A DNA stretch of 64,000 bases, taken from Pseudomonadota bacterium. GTDB taxonomy: Bacteria > Pseudomonadota > Alphaproteobacteria > Thalassobaculales > Thalassobaculaceae. The position numbers were made by a program, and so were the translations under genes. Below, in pieces: positions 32,092 to 41,145 of this stretch (positions are counted from its first letter, which is position 1; every line of letters starts with the position of its first letter). The DNA lies in the NCBI GenBank assembly GCA_036160575.1, contig JAYYDT010000047.1:2293-66292 (forward strand), in the 5' to 3' direction. The notes below the pieces were generated by a model. It had not been told where the DNA came from and did no database searches. It was given only the letters and a program-made list of their open reading frames with translations.

Positions 32092-32634
32092 ATGGACGAG
32101 GTGGCGGCGATTTTGCGATTTTGGTTCGCGGACCATGACCGCGACACCTGGTTCGGTCGCGACGCCAATTTCGACGCCGCCATCGCCCGCCGTTTCGGCA
32201 GCCTGCCGGCGGCGCTGCTGGCCGGCGGCCGCGAGGCGTGGCTGGACACCGCCGATGGCCGCTTGGCCAGTTTAATCGTCCTCGACCAATTCACCCGCAA
32301 CCTGTTCCGCGGCAGTCCAGCGGCCTTCGCCGGCGACCCCCGCGCCCGTCTCATCGCGCGGGCGGCGATCGCGCTGGGCGAGGACCGGACGGTCGACGCC
32401 GAACGCCAGCTTTTCTATTACACCCCGTTCGAGCATAGCGAGGATCTCGCCGATCAGGACTTCTCTCTCGCCCTGTTCACGGCCACCGGCGATGCCCGCA
32501 GCATCGAGTCGGCCGAAGTCCACCGCGACATCATTCGGCGCTTCGGCCGCTTTCCCCATCGCAACGCCGCCCTCGGCCGCGCGACCACCGCCGAGGAGGC
32601 GGCATTCCTCAAAACCCGATTGCCTTTTTACTGA
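32092..32634 (+). CDS. DUF924 family protein
   Basis: ILRFWF...WFGRDANFDAAIARRFG...LDQFTRNLFRGSPAAFAGDP...RFGRFPHRNAALGRATTAEEAAFL matches the DUF924 pattern as I remember it. Confidence 0.7.
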   Translation: MDEVAAILRFWFADHDRDTWFGRDANFDAAIARRFGSLPAALLAGGREAWLDTADGRLASLIVLDQFTRNLFRGSPAAFAGDPRARLIARAAIALGEDRTVDAERQLFYYTPFEHSEDLADQDFSLALFTATGDARSIESAEVHRDIIRRFGRFPHRNAALGRATTAEEAAFLKTRLPFY

Positions 32635-32726
32635 TCCCGGGTTTACTGCTTCCCCATTAAATGACCCCTGGTTACCCGCTTTCCGGCGCCCCTCGCCGGC
32701 GCGGTGACGGCAATTGGAAGGAGGGC

Positions 32727-33671
32727 ATGATGGCCCAAGACACGCAGGTTTTGATCATCGGCGATTATTACGACGTGCCGCGCCAGCGCCTGATCGACCA
32801 ATATCCCTGCGCGATTTACGAGGACGCCGCCGACCCGGCCGCCCTCTTGGCCGAGATCGCGCCGACCTGCCGGGCCATCGCCAGCCACGCGCCGGTCACC
32901 GCCGCGCTGATGGATGCCCTGCCCCATCTCGGGGTGATCGCCAATTTCGGTGTCGGCTACGATCTGGTCGATGTCGCCGCCGCCGACGCCCGCGGGATCA
33001 AGGTCACCAACACCCCCGATGTGCTGAACGACGAGGTCGCCGATTTGGCGGTCGGGCTGATGCTGGCGACCTGCCGGCGGATGATCAAGGCCGACGCCTA
33101 TGTGCGCGCCGGTCGGTGGGCGGCCGAGGGCAATATGGCCTTCACCCAGCGGGTCTGGGGCAAACGGCTGGGCCTGCTCGGCATGGGCCGCATCGGCCGC
33201 GAGATCGCCGACCGCTGCGCCGCCTTTAAAATGGCGGTCAGCTATCACACCCGCACGCCGAAAGACGTGCCCTATACCTATGTCGGTGACCTGGCGACTC
33301 TGGCCGGCGACAGCGATATCTTGATCTCGGTGGTGCCGGGCACGCCGGAGACGGCCGGCATCATCAGCGCCGACATCATGACCGCGCTCGGGCCGAACGG
33401 CGTGTTGATCAATGTCGGGCGCGGCTCGGCGGTCGATGAGGCGGCCTTGATCGCCTGTCTCGCCGACGGCCGTCTCGGCGCCGCCGGGCTGGATGTTTTC
33501 GCCGACGAGCCGCGGGTGCCGGCGGCGCTCATCGAAATGACCGAGAATGTCGTCCTACAGCCGCACCACGCCAGCGCCACCCATGACACCCGCGACGCCA
33601 TGGGCCAGATGATGATCGACAATATCGCCGCCCATTTCGCGGGCCGGCCGCTGATCTCGCCAGTTAATTAA
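32727..33671 (+). CDS. D-isomer-specific 2-hydroxyacid dehydrogenase (glyoxylate/hydroxypyruvate reductase-like)
   Basis: NAD-binding GLLGMGRIGREIA and catalytic-region INVGRGSAVDE...DVFADEP...QPHHASAT. RBS GGAAGGAGG before ATG 32727. Confidence 0.85.
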   Translation: MMAQDTQVLIIGDYYDVPRQRLIDQYPCAIYEDAADPAALLAEIAPTCRAIASHAPVTAALMDALPHLGVIANFGVGYDLVDVAAADARGIKVTNTPDVLNDEVADLAVGLMLATCRRMIKADAYVRAGRWAAEGNMAFTQRVWGKRLGLLGMGRIGREIADRCAAFKMAVSYHTRTPKDVPYTYVGDLATLAGDSDILISVVPGTPETAGIISADIMTALGPNGVLINVGRGSAVDEAALIACLADGRLGAAGLDVFADEPRVPAALIEMTENVVLQPHHASATHDTRDAMGQMMIDNIAAHFAGRPLISPVN

Positions 33672-33713
33672 CGCGCCGAATTCACGTCGCGGCTAATCGC
33701 CTGACCCGGCCGC

Positions 33714-34160
33714 TTAGGCCGGCGCGCTCAGCGCCGCCATCGCCGCTTTGAGGTTCGGCGAAATTGGCACCGCGGCGCGCGCGGCGGTGTCGAAACGCAC
33801 GCCGATGGTGATCGCAGTGATGGCGCAGGCGCCGCCGACGAACAGGCCGTGATGCAAAGTCACCGAGGTATTGCCGAAGCGCGTCGCCGCCGTGCCGACG
33901 GCCAAGTCGTCGCCCGGCCACAGGATTTCGGCGATGAAATCGACCTCCAGCTTGCGCGCCACCCAGGAGCCGCCGGGCAACGGGTCGTCATCGCCGGCGT
34001 TTTCGGTGGCGGCGCGGTAAAAGCGCACGCGGCAATCCTCGATCATCGCGATGCTGGCGACATTGTTGACATGGCCGACCGTGTCGAGATCGCCGAAGCG
34101 CAGCACCGGCCGGGTCCAGAACTGGTAACTGGCCGGCGCCGCCGGATCGAAATCGGCCAT
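33714..34160 (-). CDS. acyl-CoA thioesterase, hotdog fold (4HBT/YbgC-like)
   Basis: 148 aa. VLRFGDLDTVGHVNNVASIAMIEDCRVRFY fits the 4HBT-family N-terminal catalytic region pattern. Confidence 0.6.
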   Translation of the reverse strand: MADFDPAAPASYQFWTRPVLRFGDLDTVGHVNNVASIAMIEDCRVRFYRAATENAGDDDPLPGGSWVARKLEVDFIAEILWPGDDLAVGTAATRFGNTSVTLHHGLFVGGACAITAITIGVRFDTAARAAVPISPNLKAAMAALSAPA

Positions 34161-34165
34161 CGTCG

Positions 34166-34729
34166 TCAGCGGCCTTCGGCGGCGTAACGTTCGGCCAGGG
34201 CGGCGTTGCCCAGCTCGAAACTTTTGATATTGCTTTCCATGTCATAGGGCCGTTCGCGCAAGCTTTCCTTATCCCATTCGCTGCGCCCGGGGGCGAAGAA
34301 ATTACCGCCATAGACATGCAAGGCGGCGGTCACCTGGTCGGTCGGGTTTTTGACCGAGTGGATCGCCGTTTCGCCGAGCCAGCCGACCTCGCCAACCTCC
34401 AGCGTCTTACCGCCGAGCTTGACCGCCTGGCCCTGCTCGGAGCGCCAAAACGTGTTGTCCTCGCGGCCGGTGAACAGGCCGATCACCGCCCACATGTTGT
34501 GATTATGCGGCAACAGGTCCTGGCCCGGGTACCAACGCAAATTGAGGATCGTCAGATCGTCGTCGTTGTACAGCCGGTCGACGCCGCCGAAGCGCGGCTC
34601 GCCAAGGGCGGCGATGACCGCCGCCGGGTCGGCGACGGCGCGCTTGACGACCTCCTCGGCGGCGCGGGTCGGCTCGCCCTCGCGCAAGGCCGCTTTGCAG
34701 TCGGCGATAAATTGGTCGAGATCGAACAT
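34166..34729 (-). CDS. cupin-superfamily protein (predicted metal-dependent double-stranded beta-helix enzyme)
   Basis: 187 aa with a His-containing beta-barrel core (LLPHNHNMWAVIGLFTGRE...ETAIHSVKNP). Only 5 nt separate it from the thioesterase gene. Confidence 0.5.
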   Translation of the reverse strand: MFDLDQFIADCKAALREGEPTRAAEEVVKRAVADPAAVIAALGEPRFGGVDRLYNDDDLTILNLRWYPGQDLLPHNHNMWAVIGLFTGREDNTFWRSEQGQAVKLGGKTLEVGEVGWLGETAIHSVKNPTDQVTAALHVYGGNFFAPGRSEWDKESLRERPYDMESNIKSFELGNAALAERYAAEGR

Positions 34730-35003
34730 CGCCCTGGTCCCCCGTTGGCGTTTTTTGGATCAGCGCATGGTGGCGGCAAGCGCGCCCGCCCGTCAATCGC
34801 GAAAGGACGGCGCGGCGGCCGAGGCCGGCTTTGTGATTTGTTAAAAGTGACTGGATTTGAATTTCTCTTGTTAAGGTTGTATTTTTAGGTTGTGTTTTGC
34901 CACTCTTCGCCAAGACATGGATTGACCGCGTAGCCCCATGGCGCCCGCCGCCCCGGCGGCCGGCCAAGCACAGACCCGCAACACCCACGCGAAGGATGTT
35001 CCC

Positions 35004-35261
35004 ATGACGCTCCCCCCCTCTGAAGTTCATCGCATGGCCCGCGATTTTGGCCGTGAGTTGCGCGAGAAATGCGCGGTCGCGCCCGCGGCCTTCGCCATGG
35101 CCGGCCTAAGCGAGGCGGAACGGCGCGCGGTCATGAGCCTGGCGCTGTCGGATGTGGTGTGCGCTTTCGGCCAGTCACTCGGTCTCCGCTCGCGCGATAC
35201 CCTTCGCGAGATCGACACGGCCCTCGACCGCGCCCGCCGGCTCTTGGAGCAGGCCGGCTAA
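35004..35261 (+). CDS. hypothetical small protein
   Basis: 85 aa with high third-position GC and a GAAGGA element 8 nt upstream of ATG 35004. No family recognised. Confidence 0.35.
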   Translation: MTLPPSEVHRMARDFGRELREKCAVAPAAFAMAGLSEAERRAVMSLALSDVVCAFGQSLGLRSRDTLREIDTALDRARRLLEQAG

Positions 35262-36004
35262 TTCAGATAACCGCCGCCGTTGACATGGATGGTTTGGCCG
35301 GTGGTGTAGGCGGCGTGGGGGTGGCATAGGCTGGTCACCACATGGGCCACTTCGGCCGGCGTGCCATCGCGGTCCAACAGGTTCGGGTGGCCGCCATGGG
35401 GGATCTTGCCGGCGGCGGCGCCGCGCACCGTGTCGATCAGGCCGGGGACGACGATATTGGCGGTGATCTTGTCATCGGCGAGTTCGGCGGCGAGCGCCCG
35501 GGTCATCCCGACCAGGGCCATTTTCGAAGCCGCCACATGGACCCGCCCGGTGACGCCGCGGTGGGCCGATAGCCCGCCAAGATTGACGATCCGGCCCCAG
35601 CCGGCGGCGGCCATATGCGGCGCGGCGGCTTGGGCGCACAGCATCGGCGCCTCGACATTGGTGCGCATGATCGCTTGAAAGGTCTCCAACGACATCTCGC
35701 CGAGCGCGTCATTGCCGCGGATCGCCGCGTTATTGACCAGGATGTGCAGGCCGCCGAAAGCGTCGAGCGCGGCGCCCACCAATGCCCGCGCGCCGTCCGG
35801 GTCGGTCAGGTCGCCAATCCACGTCGCCGCCGCGCCGCCGTCGGCGCGGATCAGGGCGGCGGTTTCCTCGGCGCCGGCGCGGTTGGACGCCGCGTGGGTG
35901 ACCACCCGCGCGCCCATCGCCGCCAGTTGCCGGCAAATCTCGCGGCCGATGTTCATCGCCGATCCGGTGACAATGGCGACGGCGCCGTCGAGCGGTGAGG
36001 TCAT
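35258..36004 (-). CDS. SDR family oxidoreductase
   Basis: AIVTGSAMNIGREI (TGxxxxxG cofactor motif), NNAA, catalytic YxxxK-equivalent HVAASKMALVG and PGLIDT. Start set at MTSPLDG. Confidence 0.85.
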   Translation of the reverse strand: MTSPLDGAVAIVTGSAMNIGREICRQLAAMGARVVTHAASNRAGAEETAALIRADGGAAATWIGDLTDPDGARALVGAALDAFGGLHILVNNAAIRGNDALGEMSLETFQAIMRTNVEAPMLCAQAAAPHMAAAGWGRIVNLGGLSAHRGVTGRVHVAASKMALVGMTRALAAELADDKITANIVVPGLIDTVRGAAAGKIPHGGHPNLLDRDGTPAEVAHVVTSLCHPHAAYTTGQTIHVNGGGYLN

Positions 36005-36150
36005 GTGAAAGCTCCCGATGGTGGGGCTGCCGCCCCGCGCAGGCCGACAGGCTAGCACAAAACGGAGGCGTCCGGCGCCGGCGATCTGGCCAAACCGCCG
36101 GCCGTCGCCTATACCGGCACCCCTGAGGACATCGGCGCGGGAGAAGCGAA

Positions 36151-37242
36151 ATGCGCAACGCGACTTACAAGATCGCGGTCATGCCCGGCGACGGCATCGG
36201 CCATGAGGTGATGGACGCCGCCCTGCCGGTGCTGGCGGCGGCGGCGGACAAGGTCGGCGGCCTGACCTTCAGCTTCACGGCCGAGAATGTCGGCGCCGAT
36301 GTCTACCGCGCGCGAGGCACCGATATTCCGGATGCCGCCTGGGCCGCCGCCGAAGGCGCCGACGCCATCCTTTTCGGCGCCGCCGGCGACCCCGAGGTGC
36401 GCTATCCCGACGGCCGCGAGATCGCCCCGCAATTGGATTTGCGCGAACGCTTGGAATTATTCGCCGGGGTGCGGCCGCTGCGCCTGTTGCCGGGTGCGCG
36501 GAGCCCGCTGGCCGACCCGCGCGCCGCGACCATCGACCTGGTCTTGATCCGCGAACAGACCGAGGGCCTGTTCTCGGCCCGCCAGCAGCGCGACGCCGAT
36601 CCCGACAGCGCCAGCGACGTGATGAAAATTACCCGCGCCGGCGCCGCGCGCCTGTTCGATTTCGCGGTCAATCTGACCCGCCGCCGCAAGGCCGCCGGCC
36701 ACGCCGGCCGCCTGACCCTCGTCGACAAGGCCAATGTGCTGAACTCGATGGCTTTTTTCCGCGAGGTTTTCGACCAACGCCTGGCCCCCCATGGCGACAT
36801 CAGCGGTGACTATGTCTATGTCGACGCCGCCGCCCTCAACCTGGTGCGCGCGCCCTGGGATTATGATGTGATGGTGACCGAGAACATGTTTGGCGACATT
36901 CTCTCCGACCTGGGCGCCGGCCTGGTCGGCGGCATGGGCATGGCGCCCTCGGGGGATATTGGCCTGAACCACGCCCTGTTCCAACCGGCCCACGGCACCG
37001 CCCCGGATATCGTCGGCCAGGGCAAGGCCAATCCGACGGCGATGATCCTGTCGGCCGGCATGATGCTGGACTGGCTCGGCGACCGCCACGGCGACCCGGC
37101 CGCCCGGCGCGCCGGCGATATGATCCGCGCCGCCGTCGACAGCGCCTATGGCGCCGGCGATTTGGTACCGCATGAACATGGTGGCGCGGCCGGCACTGGC
37201 GACATCCAGGCCGCCGTGCTGGACGCGCTGGCGGCGCTCTAA
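36151..37242 (+). CDS. isocitrate/isopropylmalate dehydrogenase family protein (tartrate/3-IPM dehydrogenase-like)
   Basis: KIAVMPGDGIGHEV N-terminus, LIREQTEGLF, TENMFGDILSDLGAGLVGGMGMAPSGDIG signature. Confidence 0.85.
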   Translation: MRNATYKIAVMPGDGIGHEVMDAALPVLAAAADKVGGLTFSFTAENVGADVYRARGTDIPDAAWAAAEGADAILFGAAGDPEVRYPDGREIAPQLDLRERLELFAGVRPLRLLPGARSPLADPRAATIDLVLIREQTEGLFSARQQRDADPDSASDVMKITRAGAARLFDFAVNLTRRRKAAGHAGRLTLVDKANVLNSMAFFREVFDQRLAPHGDISGDYVYVDAAALNLVRAPWDYDVMVTENMFGDILSDLGAGLVGGMGMAPSGDIGLNHALFQPAHGTAPDIVGQGKANPTAMILSAGMMLDWLGDRHGDPAARRAGDMIRAAVDSAYGAGDLVPHEHGGAAGTGDIQAAVLDALAAL

Positions 37243-37249
37243 GCTGGCG

Positions 37250-37954
37250 TCAAAGCGCCGGCGGGGCCAGCACTTGCCAATCGTCGGCGAGGGTCAGCTT
37301 GGGCTCGGTCACACTCTGTAGATCGGCCAGGCTAAGCCCGGCGACCATCTCGCGCACGACCAGGCCGGCCGGAGTCACGTCGATGACCGCCAAATCGGTG
37401 AAAATCTTGGTCACCGCCCCGGCCGAGGTCAGCGGATAGCTGCATTTCTCGACAATTTTCGGGGCCCCCGATTTGGTCGTGTGCTGGGTCAGCGCCCACA
37501 CCGCCCGGGCGCCGGCGGCCAGATCCATGGCACCGCCGACCCCGGGCGGGAATTTCGGATCGCCGGTCGTCCAATTGGCGAGATCGCCGGTCGCCGACAC
37601 CTCGAAGGCGCCGAGCAGGGCGAGGTCGATATGGCCACCGCGGATCATCGCGAAGGCGTCGGAATGGACGAACACCGAGGCGCCGGGCACCAGCGTGATA
37701 TATTCCTTCGAGGCGTTGATCAGGTCCTTGTCCTCCTCGCCCTTGGGCGGGTTCGGCCCGGCGCCGAGGATGCCATTCTCGCTGTGCAGCACGACCTCAC
37801 GGTCGGCGGGGATGAAATTGGTGCACAGCGTCGGCAGGCCGATGCCGAGATTGACATACAAGCCCTCGTCGATTTCCTGGGCGGCGCGCCAGGACAATTG
37901 CCGGCGGCTCAATTTTTGCGCGGCCTCCAGGCCACCGATTTCTTGCACAGCCAT
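37250..37954 (-). CDS. 3-oxoacid CoA-transferase subunit B
   Basis: LYVNLGIGLPT and SENGILG (catalytic Glu region). The ATG overlaps the stop of the subunit A gene (ATGA at 37954-37957 on the minus strand). Confidence 0.88.
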   Translation of the reverse strand: MAVQEIGGLEAAQKLSRRQLSWRAAQEIDEGLYVNLGIGLPTLCTNFIPADREVVLHSENGILGAGPNPPKGEEDKDLINASKEYITLVPGASVFVHSDAFAMIRGGHIDLALLGAFEVSATGDLANWTTGDPKFPPGVGGAMDLAAGARAVWALTQHTTKSGAPKIVEKCSYPLTSAGAVTKIFTDLAVIDVTPAGLVVREMVAGLSLADLQSVTEPKLTLADDWQVLAPPAL

Positions 37955-38640
37955 CAGACGTCCCACTCCCGTTCCGTATCCTCAAAGCAAATTTTGTCGA
38001 CGTAAATGCCCGGCGTGTGAACATCGTCGGGATCGATTTCGCCAAGCGCGACCTGCTGGCGGATCTGGGCCACCGTGACGGTCGCGGCGGCGGCCATCAC
38101 CGGGCCGAAATTACGCTGCGAGCGGTTGTAGATCAGATTGCCCCAGCGGTCGCCCTTATGCGCCGCGATCAGCGCCAAATCGCCTTTCAGGGCGGTTTCG
38201 AACAAATACTCGCGGCCCTCGAACACCCGACTTTCCTTGCCGTCGGCCAATTGCGTGCCAACCCCGGTGGCGGTGTAAAACCCGGGAATACCGGCGCCGG
38301 CGGCGCGCATGCGTTCCGACAAGGTGCCTTGCGGGTTCAACTCGAGCTCGACCTTATCGGCCTTATAAAGGGCGTCGAAGATGTCGCAACGCGCCGCCCG
38401 CGGATAAGAACAAATCACCTTGCGCACGCGGCCGGCGCCAAACAGCGCGGCCAGGCCCTCGGTGCCGCTGCCGGCGTTGTTGGAGACCACCGTCAAATCG
38501 GTCGCGCCCTGGTCGATCAGGGCGTGAATCAAATCATTGGGCAGGCCGGCGTTACCGAACCCGCCGATCAACACGGTGGCACCATCGGGCGTGCCCTCCA
38601 GCGCGGCGACCATGTCGTCGCAAATCTTATCGATCGCCAT
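37954..38640 (-). CDS. 3-oxoacid CoA-transferase subunit A
   Basis: MAIDKI...GATVLIGGFGNAGLPNDLIHALIDQGATDLTVVSNNAG. The track ORF extension to 39735 is antisense to the class V aminotransferase and is rejected. Confidence 0.88.
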   Translation of the reverse strand: MAIDKICDDMVAALEGTPDGATVLIGGFGNAGLPNDLIHALIDQGATDLTVVSNNAGSGTEGLAALFGAGRVRKVICSYPRAARCDIFDALYKADKVELELNPQGTLSERMRAAGAGIPGFYTATGVGTQLADGKESRVFEGREYLFETALKGDLALIAAHKGDRWGNLIYNRSQRNFGPVMAAAATVTVAQIRQQVALGEIDPDDVHTPGIYVDKICFEDTEREWDV

Positions 38641-38760
38641 CAAACTTCCCTTATCGCGTTTCGCTCCCGGCTCACAGCATTGCCCAAAGCGGCCGGTGAT
38701 GGCAAGCTGGCGACGGAAAAAAGAGCGGTGAAGACCGCCCGTGACAAAGGGAAAACCACC

Positions 38761-39909
38761 ATGACCGTGACCGCCGGCGCTGGCATTCGCGCCCTTTTCG
38801 ACCTGCCCGAGGATATCACCTATCTCGATTGCGCGGCGCAGGGGCCGTTGCTGCGCGCCAGCCACACCGCCGGCGCCCGCGGCCTGCTGCGCAAATTCCA
38901 TCCCTGGACACCGGAACGGGCGGCTTTCGACGCCGAAATGACGGCCGCGCGCGACCTTTTCGCCGGGCTCATCGGGGCACGCGGCGAAGATATCGCCCAT
39001 ATGGGCGCGACCAGCTATGGCGCGGCGGTGGCGGGCGCCAACATGGCGATTGAGCCGGGCCAAAAGGTGCTCGTCCTGGAGGCGCAATTCCCCTCCAATT
39101 ACTATGTCTGGCAACGCCTGGCGGCGCGCGACGGCGGCGACCTTAAAATCGTGCCCTGGCCGGAAGACGGCGATTGGACGGCGGCGGTGCTTGACGCCCT
39201 CGGCGACGATGTCGGCCTGGTCGCTTTGCCGCCCTGCCATTGGACCGACGGCGCGCTTTTGGATTTGGTGGCGATCGCCGACCGGGTGCACGCGCTGGGC
39301 GCCGGGTTTTTCATCGACGCCACCCAGGCGGCCGGCGCCCGCCCCCTCGACGTTGGCCGGCTGGATCCCGATTTCATGGCCGTCTCGGGCTATAAATGGC
39401 TGCTCAGCCCGGACGCCGTCGGCTATCTCTATGTCGCGCCGCGCCGCCAAACCGGCGCCCCGATTGAGGATAATTACGCCACCCGCGTCGCCGAAAGCAC
39501 GATGGAGATGGCGGACGGCTATGGCGCCGACTACATCCCCGGCGCCGCCCGCTTCGACCAAGGCGCCGCCGACAGCATGATCCACCTGCCGATCACCGTC
39601 ACCGCCATGGAACAGATCAGCCAGTGGACGCCGGAAGGCATTTCCGCCGGCCTGGCGCCGCTCACCGACGCCGTCGCCGCGCGCGCCGAGGAACGCGGCT
39701 GGCGGGTACCGGCCAAGGGCCGGCGGGTCGACCATTTCATCGGCGTGTGGATCCCCGATGTGCCGGCCGACCTCGGCCAGCGGCTGAAAGCGCGCGGCGT
39801 CTATACCTCGCTACGCGGCGGCGCGGTGCGGGTCAGCCCGCATCTCTACAATAGCGTGGCCGACATCGACCGCCTGTTCGCCGCCCTCGACGCGGAATTG
39901 ACGGGGTAG
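38761..39909 (+). CDS. class V aminotransferase / cysteine-desulfurase-fold PLP enzyme
   Basis: ITYLDCAAQGPL, IDATQAAG and FMAVSGYKWL (PLP-lysine region). Start at ATG 38761. The upstream part of the 630-aa track ORF is antisense to the CoA-transferase genes. Confidence 0.8.
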   Translation: MTVTAGAGIRALFDLPEDITYLDCAAQGPLLRASHTAGARGLLRKFHPWTPERAAFDAEMTAARDLFAGLIGARGEDIAHMGATSYGAAVAGANMAIEPGQKVLVLEAQFPSNYYVWQRLAARDGGDLKIVPWPEDGDWTAAVLDALGDDVGLVALPPCHWTDGALLDLVAIADRVHALGAGFFIDATQAAGARPLDVGRLDPDFMAVSGYKWLLSPDAVGYLYVAPRRQTGAPIEDNYATRVAESTMEMADGYGADYIPGAARFDQGAADSMIHLPITVTAMEQISQWTPEGISAGLAPLTDAVAARAEERGWRVPAKGRRVDHFIGVWIPDVPADLGQRLKARGVYTSLRGGAVRVSPHLYNSVADIDRLFAALDAELTG

Positions 39910-39932
39910 GGACCACGGGAGCGGGCCAGGCG

Positions 39933-40340
39933 ATGGCTTATTTCATCGCGATCCTGCACCAGGACCCGGGGACGGATTACGGCCTGTGCTTCCCTGATTT
40001 TCCGGGATGTGTGGCGGCGGAGAACAACCTCGAAGGGCTGAAAGCCGCGGCCGAGGAAGCGCTCGCCGGCCATCTCCAGCTTTTGGCCGAGACCGGCGCG
40101 GCGGTGCCGCCGCCGACGCCCATCGAGGCGATCATGACCGATCCCGATTTCGCCGACGACTTCCCAACGTTGATCCACGCCCCCGACATCGCCGACCCGG
40201 TGGTGCGTGTCAATGTCACCTTCAAACGCTCGACCCTCGCCGCCATCGACCGCAACGCCGCCCAGCGCGGGCTCACCCGCTCGGCCCTCCTGGCCCGCGC
40301 CGCCGGCGGCGATTGGGGGGAAGTGAGGTTGAAAGCATAG
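39933..40340 (+). CDS. hicB: HicB-family antitoxin with a C-terminal ribbon-helix-helix (no adjacent HicA)
   Basis: MAYFIAILHQDPGTDYGLCFPDFPGCVAAENNLEGLKAAAEEALAGHLQLLAETGAAVPPP is the classic HicB N-domain pattern. The C-terminal VNVTFKRSTLAAIDRNAAQRGLTRSALLARAA is RHH-like. Confidence 0.8.
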   Translation: MAYFIAILHQDPGTDYGLCFPDFPGCVAAENNLEGLKAAAEEALAGHLQLLAETGAAVPPPTPIEAIMTDPDFADDFPTLIHAPDIADPVVRVNVTFKRSTLAAIDRNAAQRGLTRSALLARAAGGDWGEVRLKA

Positions 40341-40448
40341 AAGTGGGTCAACATTACGCACAGCTCATCCCGACAATGAGCCGCCAGATGAAAATATGCA
40401 GGCTATGGGAACTTGCATATTATACGCCAATGGCGTACACTCGAAGCT

Positions 40449-40797
40449 ATGGAAGGTGGCTTTATCACCGTCGTTGAGACGCCGCATTTCAACAGCCTGG
40501 CCAACAAGCATTTGACCGGAGCGGAACGCCAGGCGTTGGCCAGCACGTTGGCGCACGACCCAACCCAGGGCGACCGATTGGTCCAAGGAAGCGGCATTCG
40601 AAAACGCGCTTCGCCAGGGGCGGCAGAGGCAAAAGCGGCGGCATACCGGTGGTATATTTTTATCACTCGCCCCGAATGCCGTTATTTCTGCTGACGCTGT
40701 TCGCAAAAATGAGCGGGATAATTTGAAACCATCGGAAGTCAGAATTTTAGGGGAAGCCGCGAAAGCCCTCACGCGGCGCTATGGGGACGGAAGATGA
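40449..40797 (+). pseudogene. HigB-2/RelE-like toxin gene disrupted by two single-base frameshifts
   Basis: Three consecutive frame segments. Frame A: MEGGFITVVETPHFNSLANKHLTGAERQALASTLAHDPTQGDRLVQGSGIRK. Frame A-1 from the A4 run at 40601-40604: RFARGGRGKSGGIPVVYFYHSPRMPLFLLTLFAK. Frame A-2 from the A5 run at 40705-40709: NERDNLKPSEVRILGEAAKALTRRYGDGR. The third segment ends in a TGA that overlaps the antitoxin ATG (ATGA at 40794-40797). The concatenated product matches the GxGGxRKxR...GKxGGxRxxYxx...LLxxxxKNExxNL pattern of Vibrio HigB-2-type toxins, as I recall it. Confidence 0.7.
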
Positions 40798-41120
40798 CCA
40801 AGGCTTTTGACAAGATCATGAACGGCTTGACCGAGGCGCTGGATTTCGCCGATGGTCGGACCGCCGGCGCAGTGGTGCGTGAGATCACATTACAGGCGCC
40901 CGACCTGCGGGCGATCCGCCGGCAAACCGGGCTCAGCCAAGCGCGCTTCGCCGCCGCCCTCGGCCTCAGCCCGGCGACGGTGCGCAATTGGGAACAGGGG
41001 CGGCGAACCATCGACCCGGCGACCCGCGCGCTCTACCTCTTGATCAAAAGCAATCCACGAAGCGTGCTGGATATGTTGGCTCGCGCCGCCGCCGATATGG
41101 ACCCAACCGCCGCCGATTGA
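40794..41120 (+). CDS. HigA-2-like XRE-family HTH antitoxin
   Basis: PDLRAIRRQTGLSQARFAAALGLSPATVRNWEQGRRTIDPATRALYLLIKSNP is the HTH..WEQGRR pattern of antitoxins paired with HigB-2/COG4737-type toxins. Its start is coupled to the stop of the broken toxin. Confidence 0.8.
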   Translation: MTKAFDKIMNGLTEALDFADGRTAGAVVREITLQAPDLRAIRRQTGLSQARFAAALGLSPATVRNWEQGRRTIDPATRALYLLIKSNPRSVLDMLARAAADMDPTAAD

Positions 41121-41145
41121 AGCGCCCCTGCGCGGAGGAACTACC

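Noticed and set aside
37954-39909. Two mutually overlapping giant ORFs, 37954..39735(-) of 593 aa and 38017..39909(+) of 630 aa.
   Set aside because: Only the C-terminal 228 aa of the minus ORF (CoA-transferase subunit A, from ATG 38640) and the C-terminal 382 aa of the plus ORF (class V aminotransferase, from ATG 38761) look like real proteins. The remaining parts are antisense read-through of each other.
39910-40448. A search for a hicA toxin gene next to hicB.
   Set aside because: Only 23 nt lie upstream. The 108 nt downstream hold no 60-80-aa ORF with a HicA-like pattern in any frame. The only ORF there is the N-terminus of the HigB-2-like pseudogene.
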